NCBI GenBank assembly: GCA_963699155.1
Contig: OY969414.1
Coordinates: 1,835,757 to 1,899,756 of the forward strand
Source of the DNA: an uncultured Chlamydiales bacterium
GTDB lineage: Bacteria; Chlamydiota; Chlamydiia; Chlamydiales; JAAKFR01
Reading direction: 5' to 3'
DNA: 64,000 nt
Part shown: one piece after another, positions 36,481-45,480 of the stretch
Position numbering within the stretch: position 1 is the first letter of the stretch
Layout: every line of letters starts with the position of its first letter
The notes under the pieces: model-generated
Databases searched by the model: none
Seen by the model: the letters and a program-made list of their open reading frames with translations, nothing else
What the model was told of the DNA's origin: nothing
Made by a program: the position numbers and the translations under genes

Positions 36481-37283
36481 ATCAATGCTTGGACTTCTCG
36501 ATGAGCCGTCTGCAGGTTTTGCCGCAGTACATCATTGCGAAAGGCCAATGCCAGCCCCTTCTCGTAGCTCTCACACGCTTTTTGCAATTCATCGACCTCT
36601 CGAAAAGCATTCCCTTGCTCTTTGAACAGCCCCGCTCTGATTTGATTATCTCCAATCGGCGCAATCAGACCATCTTGGCAATATTGAAGGGTCATGCGAA
36701 TATCACCCTCGTCCAAAGAGCTTTCATATTTTTTGTAATAGGCTTTTGCTAGCCCCAGAGTTAGCCTACCATCGAGATCAACATCATGTTTCAGGCGGAC
36801 TAACCCCTCATGAAAGCGCGCAAGCGCCTGATCGGCATCACTCAATTCGCCATAGACTCTCTCTTCAGGTGTGATCTCTTCGATAGGCTTTTGAAATTTC
36901 TGAGCAGGGTTATTGCGTTGTAGCAGTGCCATACCCCATTGCAAAAGAATCGCTGACTTTAACCATTCATCATCGAAATTCATATAAAACGCATCGTGGT
37001 ACTTTTGAATCGCTAAATCTAAATGAGCATGCTTACCCTTATCTTCTCTGGCAAGCCTGTTAGCCTCATTTAACAAATCCCTAGCTTTGGCGACCCTCTC
37101 AGCTTTTTTATCCAACCTGCGCTTTTTAGCAGGAGAAACAATCTCTACCTCACGCGCTCTCTTCAAACTTTCAAAACCGCTTTGGGCAACCCTACCCACC
37201 TTCTCACTTTCAACCAGGGAAGATTTCTCCTCAACCGGCTCTGCCACAACCCTCTTCGACTCAAGCCGACTCGCCATAATCAA
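36477..37283 (-). CDS. TPR-like protein with bipartite NLS (candidate nuclear effector)
   Basis: KR-X10-KKRR at aa 41-56; TPR-like helices (QGNAFREVDELQKACESYEKGL). Confidence 0.7.
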   Translation of the reverse strand: MIMASRLESKRVVAEPVEEKSSLVESEKVGRVAQSGFESLKRAREVEIVSPAKKRRLDKKAERVAKARDLLNEANRLAREDKGKHAHLDLAIQKYHDAFYMNFDDEWLKSAILLQWGMALLQRNNPAQKFQKPIEEITPEERVYGELSDADQALARFHEGLVRLKHDVDLDGRLTLGLAKAYYKKYESSLDEGDIRMTLQYCQDGLIAPIGDNQIRAGLFKEQGNAFREVDELQKACESYEKGLALAFRNDVLRQNLQTAHREVQALI

Positions 37284-37318
37284 ACCAGTCTAATCACCTT
37301 GTGCATACTTGTCAAAAT

Positions 37319-37392
37319 GGCCCGACACATCATCACTCGGCTGATGGCGCGGGTAAAGCTCGCCGAAGGTCGCTTCGCTCCCAACGGCTCGC
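37319..37392 (+). repeat. GC-rich structured repeat, copy C (internally deleted)
   Basis: GGCCCGAC..CACTCGGCTG..GGCGCGGGT..CGCCGAAGGTCGCT..CTCCCAACGGC is collinear with copy A. Confidence 0.65.
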
Positions 37393-37480
37393 AAAGTAGC
37401 AACCATTATCATTCCCCACAAACTAATAGCCAGATTATTACTGAACAGGTATAATCTCTGATAAGATAAGGAAATAGCCA

Positions 37481-37840
37481 ATGAAGCGATTGATTTGGGT
37501 CGGCAAGAGCTATGAAGACTTGAAGGATTTCCCGCCCATCGTACGTCGAACAATGGGTTTTGCGCTCTACGCAGCCCAACTTGGTAAAATGCATGAGCAT
37601 GCGAAGGTACTCAGCGGCATGGGCAGCGCGAAGGTGATTGAAATTCGAGAAAATGATAGAAGCGGAACGTATAGGGTTATTTATACTATAGAGATGAAAG
37701 ATTTTGTTTTTGTGTTACATGCATTTCAAAAGAAATCAAAATCTGGAATCGCAACTCCTAAACAAGAGCTTGAACTGCTAAAGGATCGTTTGAAAGAGAC
37801 TAAAATCATCTTCAAAGATTTGATGGAGAAAAAATCATGA
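37481..37840 (+). CDS. higB: RelE/ParE-family toxin (HigB/Gp49-like)
   Basis: VIEIRENDRSGTYRVIY...VLHAFQKKSKSGIATP; toxin-first gene order. Confidence 0.85.
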   Translation: MKRLIWVGKSYEDLKDFPPIVRRTMGFALYAAQLGKMHEHAKVLSGMGSAKVIEIRENDRSGTYRVIYTIEMKDFVFVLHAFQKKSKSGIATPKQELELLKDRLKETKIIFKDLMEKKS

Positions 37841-38223
37841 CAACAAAAAAACCACAGAAAAAACGTTTAGCAGATGTCGAGTATGTTGAAAGTTCTGGAA
37901 ATGTTTTTGCTGATCTCGGAGTGGCTAATCCTGAAGAAGCGATGGCAAAAGCCGAAATTGCCCTGAAAATCTGTGAAATCATAAAGAAAAAAAGGTTGAC
38001 TCAAGCCCAAGCGGCGAAAATCCTCAAAATCAGCCAGCCAAAGGTCTCCCTTCTTCTCCGCGGCTATTTAACCAATTTTTCTTTAGAACGCCTACTGCGT
38101 TTCCTGAATGATCTCGGACAGGATGTCTATATTTCTATTACCCCAGCACCACGTTCTAAGCACGGAACAACGAAAATCGGCAATGTTCCTGCTAAAGCCA
38201 AAATAGCTGCTTTAGGGAAATAA
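37837..38223 (+). CDS. higA: XRE-family HTH antitoxin (HigA-like)
   Basis: SSGNVFADLG, LTQAQAAKILKISQPKVS and FSLERL. Confidence 0.85.
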   Translation: MTTKKPQKKRLADVEYVESSGNVFADLGVANPEEAMAKAEIALKICEIIKKKRLTQAQAAKILKISQPKVSLLLRGYLTNFSLERLLRFLNDLGQDVYISITPAPRSKHGTTKIGNVPAKAKIAALGK

Positions 38224-38328
38224 CCTTGTGCCGGTGTGACGGGCCAATCTCAGAGAAAAATCTCTTTAAAATAAAAGAAACTTCTTTGCCGACCGGGTGC
38301 CAACCGAAGGACCCCAGAAGAAAAAAAG

Positions 38329-38411
38329 TGGGGGTGGCTAGATTCGAACTAGCGTAAGCCGAAGCTGTCGGATTTACAGTCCGATGCAATTGGCCACTAT
38401 GCGACACCCCC
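38329..38411 (-). tRNA. tRNA-Tyr (GTA)
   Basis: Cloverleaf GGGGGTG...CACCCCCA, anticodon arm TCGGA-CTGTAAA-TCCGA, long variable arm. Confidence 0.95.
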
Positions 38412-38420
38412 ATGGGTGGA

Positions 38421-38493
38421 TGCTGGAGAAAGGAATTGAACCCTCAACCGCCCGATTACAAGTCGGGTGCTCTGCCAATTGAGCTACTCCAGC
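38421..38493 (-). tRNA. tRNA-Thr (TGT)
   Basis: GCTGGAG...CTCCAGCA, anticodon arm CCCGA-CTTGTAA-TCGGG, GTTCAA T-loop. Confidence 0.95.
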
Positions 38494-38580
38494 AAAAGGC
38501 TTTTAATGCGCGCGAAAATGAGCGCGCTTGAAGCGGGCAGCTTGCGGCTCTTTATACCAAAAGGGGTTCTTTTCGTCATG

Positions 38581-38706
38581 CTTTCTTTTTTGGAGAATCG
38601 CCCTGGAGAGACTTTGACTTTTTTCGATAATATTCTTGGAGAGATTTTGACTTTTTTGGAGAAACGTCTTGGAGAGACTTTGACTTTTTTCGATAATCTT
38701 CTTGGG
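38581..38706. repeat. 33-bp tandem repeat (~3.8 copies, two alternating variants)
   Basis: GGAGAGA(C/T)TTTGACTTTTTT followed alternately by CGATAAT.TTCTT or GGAGAA.CG.C.T. Units start at 38605, 38638 and 38671. Confidence 0.85.
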
Positions 38707-38714
38707 ATGAGCGC

Positions 38715-39152
38715 TTACTCTTGCTTTCGCTTTTGGGTGGGCTTGGAAGAGTCTTTGCGAAAATCCTCTTGGGTGGACTGGAAAGTCTCGTCGGGCTGAG
38801 GGAGATTCCTTTCGCGCTCTTCGGGCGTTTGGGAGGGCTCTTCTGCTGTGGGGATGGGGAAGGGAAGGGGTGCCTCTTCGCCTTTCTGGCGGAAATCTTT
38901 GCTGGTTTTGCGGAATTTGAGCTTATCGAGGGCGGTTGGGGTGGCTGTGGGTTGGGGGGTGGTGGCTGATCTGCCGAAGACAGAGAGGCTCTTGTCCGAG
39001 GAGCTGAGGAGCTTGGCCTTAAATTTGCGCTTGCCACTGGCAGTATATTTGGCTGCAGCGGTTTCCTTGTCTTGCAGCATATGGCAATTTTTATATTTTT
39101 TCCCCGAACCACAGGGACAGGGGTCATTTCGACCTGGGGTACGTTCAGCCAT
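38715..39152 (-). CDS. SEC-C motif protein
   Basis: [18 protein letters not shown] at the N-terminus. Confidence 0.85.
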   Translation of the reverse strand: MAERTPGRNDPCPCGSGKKYKNCHMLQDKETAAAKYTASGKRKFKAKLLSSSDKSLSVFGRSATTPQPTATPTALDKLKFRKTSKDFRQKGEEAPLPFPIPTAEEPSQTPEERERNLPQPDETFQSTQEDFRKDSSKPTQKRKQE

Positions 39153-39227
39153 CTTTTTTATCCTTTAAGGGTGAAATGTTAGCTGAAAACTCTTTAAAGT
39201 GTCCATTTCTATTTGTATAATACCCCT

Positions 39228-39965
39228 ATGTTAAAAACTTCTCCTCCTTGGAATCGCCGTGGGAAACGGATCGAGAGCATGATTCGTAAAGCTCTCTATG
39301 ATCATCAGATGCTGGAAGGGATCTCCAAGCTGGCGGTTGCGTTAAGTGGTGGGAAAGATAGCCTGACGCTGCTTTTCATGCTCAAGGCGATATTGGGGCG
39401 CGGTTTTGATCCGCTGGAACTTTACGCCATTCATGTGGGTGGTGCTTTCTCTTGCGGCGCTTCTGTGGAAGAAAATTATTTGCGTGGGATCTGTGAAAAC
39501 CTGGAAATCCCCTTCACCACCTGCCTTTCGACCCAAAAACTGGAAAAGCTCGAATGTTATTCCTGCTCGCGTGAGCGGCGTAAACTGATTTTTGAAGCGG
39601 CAAAAGCATGGGGCGCTGACACAGTGGCCTTTGGACACCACCGCGATGACCATGCCCAGACTGTTCTTATGAATCTGCTCCATAAAGCAGAGTTTGCTGG
39701 AAATCTGCCTAAGCTGAAAATGGTCGACTATGGCGTGACCATCATTCGGCCACTCATCTTTGTGGAAGAGGAGGAGATTCGCCACTTTGCCAAAGAGCAG
39801 GGATTTGCTAGAATTACCTGTCAATGTCCTGTGGGACAAAATTCGATGCGCAAGCAGGTCGATCGTCTTTTGACAGAAATCGAAGAGCTCTTTCCCAACG
39901 CACGAGCCAATATTGCTCACGCAGGATTAACCTATGGTTCAGATAAAGCGAGGAGAAAAGAATGA
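39228..39965 (+). CDS. ttcA: tRNA 2-thiocytidine(32) synthetase-like PP-loop protein
   Basis: SGGKDS, CYSCSRERR, GHHRDD, IIRPL and CQCP. Confidence 0.85.
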   Translation: MLKTSPPWNRRGKRIESMIRKALYDHQMLEGISKLAVALSGGKDSLTLLFMLKAILGRGFDPLELYAIHVGGAFSCGASVEENYLRGICENLEIPFTTCLSTQKLEKLECYSCSRERRKLIFEAAKAWGADTVAFGHHRDDHAQTVLMNLLHKAEFAGNLPKLKMVDYGVTIIRPLIFVEEEEIRHFAKEQGFARITCQCPVGQNSMRKQVDRLLTEIEELFPNARANIAHAGLTYGSDKARRKE

Positions 39966-40792
39966 ATGAATCCAGAATATCCATTGATGGTGTCGAAATT
40001 GCGCTTGGCTTTCCCGATGAATTTCCCTTTCGCTGGGTCGGTCAAGAAGATGTTTTTGATCAGTTGATGGCGGCCTGGCTGGTCATCGATCCCAAAGATC
40101 TCCCCTTAAATCCGCGGCTGATCGGTAAGCCGGGTGTGGGAAAGACGACTTTGGCTTATGCAGCTGCGAAACGGCTGGGCAGGCCTGTGTTTATCTATCA
40201 GTGCACGATGGATACGAGGCCCGAAGATCTTCTGATCTCCCCTGTGATCGATGAAAAGGGAGGGATCCGTTATGTGGCCTCCTCCCTAGTCACCGCCATG
40301 ATCCGCGGCGGCGTCTGCATTTTGGATGAGGGGAACCGGATGAGCGAAAAATCGTGGGCCTCACTCGCCCCCTTACTCGATGCGCGCCGCTATATCGAAT
40401 CGATCGTCGCAGGTCTTAAAATTCCCGCTCACCCCGATTTTAGGATCTGTGTGACGATGAACGACGACTCTTCGACCTTTGAAGTGCCCGATTACATCCA
40501 CAGCAGGCTACAGCCCCAAATCTATCTCGATTTCCCCGAAGCAGATGAGGAGAAGCGGATTTTACAAGAGAATCTTCCTTTCGTAAAAGAAGAGATCCTT
40601 GACTATGTCGTCGGCTTTCTCCAAAGAGCGCATGGCTCGGGTGAATCTTATTCAGTGCGCGATGGGATCAACATCGCCCGCTATGCCGCAAAACGGCTCC
40701 ATGCCTTCAATGGGAAAGCACCTCCTGAATCTATCTTGCGCCAAGCCATCGTCATGACCCTGGGCGAAGAGGCGGCGATGCACACGCTATGA
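39962..40792 (+). CDS. MoxR-family AAA+ ATPase
   Basis: GKPGVGKT, LVTAM..GG..ILDEGNR, AHPDFRI..TMN. Confidence 0.88.
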   Translation: MNESRISIDGVEIALGFPDEFPFRWVGQEDVFDQLMAAWLVIDPKDLPLNPRLIGKPGVGKTTLAYAAAKRLGRPVFIYQCTMDTRPEDLLISPVIDEKGGIRYVASSLVTAMIRGGVCILDEGNRMSEKSWASLAPLLDARRYIESIVAGLKIPAHPDFRICVTMNDDSSTFEVPDYIHSRLQPQIYLDFPEADEEKRILQENLPFVKEEILDYVVGFLQRAHGSGESYSVRDGINIARYAAKRLHAFNGKAPPESILRQAIVMTLGEEAAMHTL

Positions 40793-42618
40793 GCCTTTCT
40801 GCAGGCGACGACGCACACTCAATGAGCTTTTTTACGCTCCGAGAAGGTAGTGTGTGGGCACTCCCCGCTCTCCACTATACCATGGAATCGGCGATGGAAG
40901 TCCGAAAAGCTTTCTTAGCTCTTCAGCCCGATTGTGTCGCTGTAGAACTTCCTGAAACGATTCAACTCGAAGCGCTCCATGCGGCCTCGCGACTGCCTGA
41001 TCTCGGTGCGATCCAGATCGATGACCTCTACTATCTCTGTGAGCCATGCGACCCTGCCTTTGAAGGTCTCAGATCGGCTCTAGAAGCTGGCAAGAGCGGT
41101 TTTTGCATCGATCTTGATGTGAAAAATTATCCCTTTTTTCAAGATCTGATCCCCGATCCCTATTCCATTCTCCACATCGGCCTGGAGAAGTACTATGATT
41201 CCTTTCAGAGAGCCACAGAATTCTCGCCCAAATCCCAGCTCGATTGCTTCCGGGAGTTGCACATGGCACGCAGACTGAAAGAGCTCTCACTTAGCTACGA
41301 TCGCATCCTCTTTATCGGAGGAATGTCCCACATAAGTTCTGTCCTAAAGCTGATGGCACTCTCGCGCTTTGACACTCCCCCCTCTGTAGAGCGTTCCAAG
41401 CGTCAGCTGGTCACTTTGACTGAAGAGTCGAGCCGAGAGGTTATGGCAGAATGCGGATGGATCTCCGCAGCCTATGAAGAGTGGCGCCAGAACGCCGGGG
41501 CACCACCTTTGGATAGGCAGCAATTGATCCTCTCTCTCTACAAAATGGCCGCACAACACTATGAGGAGAATACGGGACACCTCTTTCGGGGTTACCATTT
41601 GCGCAATACGATGAAGTTTGCACGCAACTGCGCACTCATCCACCAGCACCTGATGCCCAATCTTTTTGAGATTTTGACCGCCGCTAAAGGCTGCGTCGAC
41701 CACAATTATGCTTATGAAACCTGGCTCTTATCCACCCACTACCCCTATCTCAAAAATATCGATAACCTCCCACCGCTGCCCCTAAAAGTCGAAGAGATTT
41801 GGGGCCATCCTAAAAAAATTCTTTTCCATCTAAAAGAAAAGCAGCGCAAAGGGAACGAATTTCAGAAACGAAAAAAAGATAGCCCACATACTCCTTGGAA
41901 GGCTCCCTCCCCTTTCTCGATCTGCTCCTACCCTCCTGAAGATCAGATTATCGAAAAGTTTGGCGATTTTTTAAAAAAGAAGGGCAGATTTCTTGTCAGC
42001 GAGGAAAATGCAAAGGTTATCCCCTTCACGACAAGCCTGGAAGAGGGCATCGATACTCGAGAGACAATCCGCCATTTTCATACCGGAAAGCTCTATGTGA
42101 AGGCAAAAGGGCGCCCTCCAGGGCCTGCTGGCTCTGTCGTCATCATTTTTGACGAAGATCTCGATGAAGAGAATCGCTTCTTTGAGGAAAAATTTCCTTG
42201 GCTCGCCACCTGGCATGGAGAACATCAGCAGGAGTCAGATATGGCCTTTTACGCCAGCTCTCTCAAAAAACAGATAGTAGGCCCAGGAATCAGCCGCTGC
42301 GAATATGGAGGTCTCATGATGTCCTACCCTCCCCGTCGAATGGGCGACGTCTGGCGAGACCCCGATTATACCAGCTGCCGCTCGAAAGCGGAGCTTCTTT
42401 TGATGGCAGCGATCGATTATTCGCTTCAACTCATCGTTGTTTACGTGTCAGAAAAAGGGCCACGTAGTAAAATGAAGAGCTTCGCAGCCCGCTTTGGGAA
42501 GAAAATTGTTTATCTCCCAATCGGGCAGCTTTCGCCGCTCCTGCTCAATAAATTACGTGTTTTTCACGTCTTGGATGGGCATGATAAGCGCGAGATTGCA
42601 GGAGAGTATATCTTTTAG
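40789..42618 (+). CDS. Conserved hypothetical MoxR partner (TraB/TIKI/YehM-like N-terminal motifs)
   Basis: PDCVAVELP, RELHMARRL, FIGGMSH, and a later GIDTRETIRH. Translationally coupled to the ATPase. Confidence 0.65.
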   Translation: MSLSAGDDAHSMSFFTLREGSVWALPALHYTMESAMEVRKAFLALQPDCVAVELPETIQLEALHAASRLPDLGAIQIDDLYYLCEPCDPAFEGLRSALEAGKSGFCIDLDVKNYPFFQDLIPDPYSILHIGLEKYYDSFQRATEFSPKSQLDCFRELHMARRLKELSLSYDRILFIGGMSHISSVLKLMALSRFDTPPSVERSKRQLVTLTEESSREVMAECGWISAAYEEWRQNAGAPPLDRQQLILSLYKMAAQHYEENTGHLFRGYHLRNTMKFARNCALIHQHLMPNLFEILTAAKGCVDHNYAYETWLLSTHYPYLKNIDNLPPLPLKVEEIWGHPKKILFHLKEKQRKGNEFQKRKKDSPHTPWKAPSPFSICSYPPEDQIIEKFGDFLKKKGRFLVSEENAKVIPFTTSLEEGIDTRETIRHFHTGKLYVKAKGRPPGPAGSVVIIFDEDLDEENRFFEEKFPWLATWHGEHQQESDMAFYASSLKKQIVGPGISRCEYGGLMMSYPPRRMGDVWRDPDYTSCRSKAELLLMAAIDYSLQLIVVYVSEKGPRSKMKSFAARFGKKIVYLPIGQLSPLLLNKLRVFHVLDGHDKREIAGEYIF

Positions 42619-42628
42619 GAATGTAGGG

Positions 42629-43426
42629 ATGCAGAGACCAAAAATTGTTGTAACTAATGATGACGGCATCAGAGCGCCGGGGATTGAAATGCTGTGGAGC
42701 GCTCTCCATGAGGCCGATTTTGCCGATCTTTTTATTATTGCGCCTGCGACGGAAAAATCGGGGACGGGTGCCAGCATCACTTGGGATAAGCCGATTCTGA
42801 TCCAGAAGGTTGAATGGCTCCATCAGACCCCAGCATGGGCCATCGGTGGAACTCCCGCCGATTGCATCAAGATGGGAGCGCGCATCATCTTAGATCATTG
42901 TCCCGACTTTATTGTCTCTGGAATCAATGCTGGCTCCAATGCAGGACGCAATGTGCTTCACTCGGGAACTGTAGGAGCCTGCATCGAAGGCGCTTTTCGA
43001 GGCATCCCCGGGATCGCTTTTTCTTGCGAAAATGGCGAGAAACCCAACTTCCACGTCGCCAAAAAATATATTGCTTCTTTAGTCCGATACACTCTCGCCA
43101 ATCCGCTACCCCACGGAACTTTCTTAAATGTCAATTTCCCTCATTCAGCTCAGTCAGAGGTCAAAGGATTCCGTCTCACACGCCAAGGTAAAGGACGTTG
43201 GGCAGAAGATCCCATCCTCCACCTTCAGACCGAACATGGACCCAGCTACTGGATGGGTGGAAAACCAGAAGAGCTGGCTGAAGATGAAGATAGCGACATT
43301 TACTGGCTCAAAAAAGGTTATTTGACTGCCGTCCCTGTGCAAGTGCACGACCTAACAGACAACACCATTCTTCAAAACCGCTTCTCCCAGTTTGAAAACC
43401 ACTTTGAGTCAAAGCTCAGTCGGTAG
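42629..43426 (+). CDS. surE: 5'/3'-nucleotidase SurE
   Basis: VTNDDGIRAPG, GTPADC, SGINAGSN and SGTVGA. Start at 42629. Confidence 0.93.
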   Translation: MQRPKIVVTNDDGIRAPGIEMLWSALHEADFADLFIIAPATEKSGTGASITWDKPILIQKVEWLHQTPAWAIGGTPADCIKMGARIILDHCPDFIVSGINAGSNAGRNVLHSGTVGACIEGAFRGIPGIAFSCENGEKPNFHVAKKYIASLVRYTLANPLPHGTFLNVNFPHSAQSEVKGFRLTRQGKGRWAEDPILHLQTEHGPSYWMGGKPEELAEDEDSDIYWLKKGYLTAVPVQVHDLTDNTILQNRFSQFENHFESKLSR

Positions 43427-43599
43427 CCTTTTCAGACCATTTTGAGTCAAAGCTCAGTCGGTAGCCTTTTCAGACCATTTTGAGTCAAAGCTCAGTCGGT
43501 AGCCTTTTCAGACCATTTTGAGTCAAAGCTCAGTCTGTAGCCCTTGCGGACCACATTGAGTCACAACCCGGGCGGTAGCCTTTGCAGACCATTTTGAGT
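43398..43599 (+). repeat. 38-bp tandem repeat (5.3 copies) starting in the 3' end of surE
   Basis: ACCATTTTGAGTCAAAGCTCAGTCGGTAGCCTTTTCAG at 43398, 43436, 43474, 43512, 43550 and a partial copy at 43588; no spacers. Confidence 0.95.
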
Positions 43600-43641
43600 T
43601 GTCGAAAAAGAGAGAGTAAAGTATCCTCGACTTCTTTTTCA

Positions 43642-43714
43642 GGGCGTATAGCTCAGTTGGTAGAGCGCCTGTCTTACACACAGGTGGTCATAGGTTCGAG
43701 TCCTGTTGCGCCCA
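43642..43714 (+). tRNA. tRNA-Val (TAC)
   Basis: GGGCGTA...TGCGCCCA; CCTGT-CTTACAC-ACAGG. Confidence 0.95.
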
Positions 43715-43774
43715 GAGTTAGGATTGTCTCGCATGCACAAAACTTGTGAGGCAATCCGAGAGTGATTTTCCTTT

Positions 43775-43848
43775 GCGGGAGTAGTTCAATTGGTTAGAGC
43801 ACCGCCCTGTCACGGCGGAAGTTGCGGGTTCGAGCCCCGTCTCCCGCG
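43775..43848 (+). tRNA. tRNA-Asp (GTC)
   Basis: GCGGGAG...CTCCCGCG; CCGCC-CTGTCAC-GGCGG. Confidence 0.95.
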
Positions 43849-43854
43849 TTCTTT

Positions 43855-44760
43855 ATGAATACTAACCCCACCCAGTTTCGCTTCGGAAAGTACTACTTCA
43901 AAACCTTTATCTGGTTTGTTTTGGGAGCTACCTTAGCTGCACTCGGTATCGAGACCATTTTGATCCCCAATCAGCTGATCGATGGTGGTGTGGTCGGTGT
44001 GGCGATCATGGCCTCTTACCTGTCGGGAAAGAGCCTTCTCCCCTATTTCATGGTGCTCTTTAACCTCCCCTTCGCCTACATGGCCTACAAACAGATTGGC
44101 AAACATTTTGTCATTCAGATGGTCACCGCCGTGATTCTCTTAGCCATCGCTATGGCTGCCTTCATCTGGATCCCCATCCTATTCCATATCCCCCCCATCG
44201 AATTTCATGGCGAAACGATCGAAGTGATCGTCCTCGGTGGATTCATCATCGGAGCGGGCGCTGGCATCATTATCCGGCATGGTGGCTCGACCGATGGCAC
44301 CGAGATTATGGGGATCTTGATCAATCGCAAACGAGGGTACACCGTTGGCCAAGTAATTCTCTTTGTCAACGTCTTCATCTTCATCGCGGCAGGCTTTGTC
44401 TACCAGAATTGGCACTCCGCGATCCTCTCCCTCCTCACCTACGTGGTCGCTACCAAAGTGATGGATATGGTCATCGTCGGCTTTGAAGATACCAAATCGG
44501 TCATGATCATCTCCAAAAAGCCCCAGTATCTCTGCGATATCCTCATGAAGGAGCTCGGTGTTGGCGTCACGGTGATGTATGGCCGTGGTGGCTTCAGCGG
44601 CGATGCCAAAGAGATCCTCTACATCGTCGTCGAACGTCTCCAGCTCGCCGAACTCAAAGAGATTGTCCACCGCGAAGATCCCAACGCCTTCATCTCCGTA
44701 GAAAACCTCCACGAAGTGATCAACGGCCGCCAAAACTCCGGCTTAGCTCCACCGCACTAA
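43855..44760 (+). CDS. YitT family membrane protein
   Basis: [28 protein letters not shown] and EDPNAFI. Confidence 0.88.
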   Translation: MNTNPTQFRFGKYYFKTFIWFVLGATLAALGIETILIPNQLIDGGVVGVAIMASYLSGKSLLPYFMVLFNLPFAYMAYKQIGKHFVIQMVTAVILLAIAMAAFIWIPILFHIPPIEFHGETIEVIVLGGFIIGAGAGIIIRHGGSTDGTEIMGILINRKRGYTVGQVILFVNVFIFIAAGFVYQNWHSAILSLLTYVVATKVMDMVIVGFEDTKSVMIISKKPQYLCDILMKELGVGVTVMYGRGGFSGDAKEILYIVVERLQLAELKEIVHREDPNAFISVENLHEVINGRQNSGLAPPH

Positions 44761-45248
44761 TGCCCCGCTTCTTAATCTTACTTCTACTACTAAGCTCAAC
44801 TCTCATCGCAAGAGAGGTCTCTTCTCCTTGCCTCTTGGAGCATGTTCAGAACCATCTTCCCCACTGTGGCACATTAAAAATCCTCGACGGCTTTGTCTAC
44901 GTGGATGTCGATGATGAGTATATCCACACCTTAATCAAGTACATTCAGGAAGAGGGCTTTGAAGAGCCCCCCTACTTTGGCCCAGGCCTCGTCGGAGCGC
45001 ACATCTCCGTCATCTTCCGCGCAGAAGAAATTCACGAACTCCACGAGTGTGGCCAAATCATCGATTTCATCCCCATTGAATGTCAAGTGGTCACCCCTGC
45101 CCGCTGGAATGAGATGGAGGAGGTGTTCTTTATCGTCGTCGAAGCTCCCGAGCTCGACCGCATCCGCGCCTGCTATGGCCTTCCCCCCAAAGAATTTCCC
45201 TACCACATCACGATCGGTGTCAAACCCAAAGTCGCCCAAGCTGCTTAG
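44760..45248 (+). CDS. Secreted 2H-phosphoesterase-like protein
   Basis: Signal peptide and two HxS/T motifs (GAHISV and YHITIG). Confidence 0.7.
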   Translation: MPRFLILLLLLSSTLIAREVSSPCLLEHVQNHLPHCGTLKILDGFVYVDVDDEYIHTLIKYIQEEGFEEPPYFGPGLVGAHISVIFRAEEIHELHECGQIIDFIPIECQVVTPARWNEMEEVFFIVVEAPELDRIRACYGLPPKEFPYHITIGVKPKVAQAA

Positions 45249-45367
45249 GTTCGAGCAGGATTTGGAGAATCGTCTCTTGGCGCGCCCATAGGGCGCACTG
45301 AAGTTGGAAGTTTCTCAAATTAATTAATTCAATTGCCCCGGCTTCGTCACTCAGCTGAGCCTCGTAG

Positions 45368-45454
45368 CTGTGAAAAAATCGATCAATTAGGCCCGTCGCT
45401 GAGCCCCTCGCCTTCTGGCGCAGCCTCGGTCTCAGGCGCGGGGCTCAGCGGGGG
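45368..45454 (+). repeat. GC-rich structured repeat, copy D (5' half)
   Basis: CTGTGAAAAAATCGATCAATTAGGCCCGTCGCTG...GCAGCCTCGGTCTCAGGCGCGGG matches copies A and B. Confidence 0.75.
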
Positions 45455-45480
45455 AAGGAAAAATCAAAAAAGAGGTGTAA

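Noticed and set aside
38329..38360. tRNA-Tyr 3' end as an island attachment site
   Set aside because: No duplicated tRNA end or integrase was seen in the window.
38581..38706. Possible mini-CRISPR (constant core plus variable tail)
   Set aside because: The variable parts are only 13 bp and recur alternately, so this is a tandem repeat.
38576..39127. 183-aa ORF with KKSKSLQ repeats
   Set aside because: It is an alternative frame over the SEC-C gene that runs through the 33-bp array; there is no independent support.
43398..43599. Possible CRISPR array
   Set aside because: The units are contiguous with no unique spacers, there are no cas genes, and the array begins inside surE.
44179..44733. 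Long antisense ORFs (also 45508-45999, 52152-52631, 58632-59186)
   Set aside because: They are shadow frames kept open by the C-rich codon usage of well-supported genes on the other strand.
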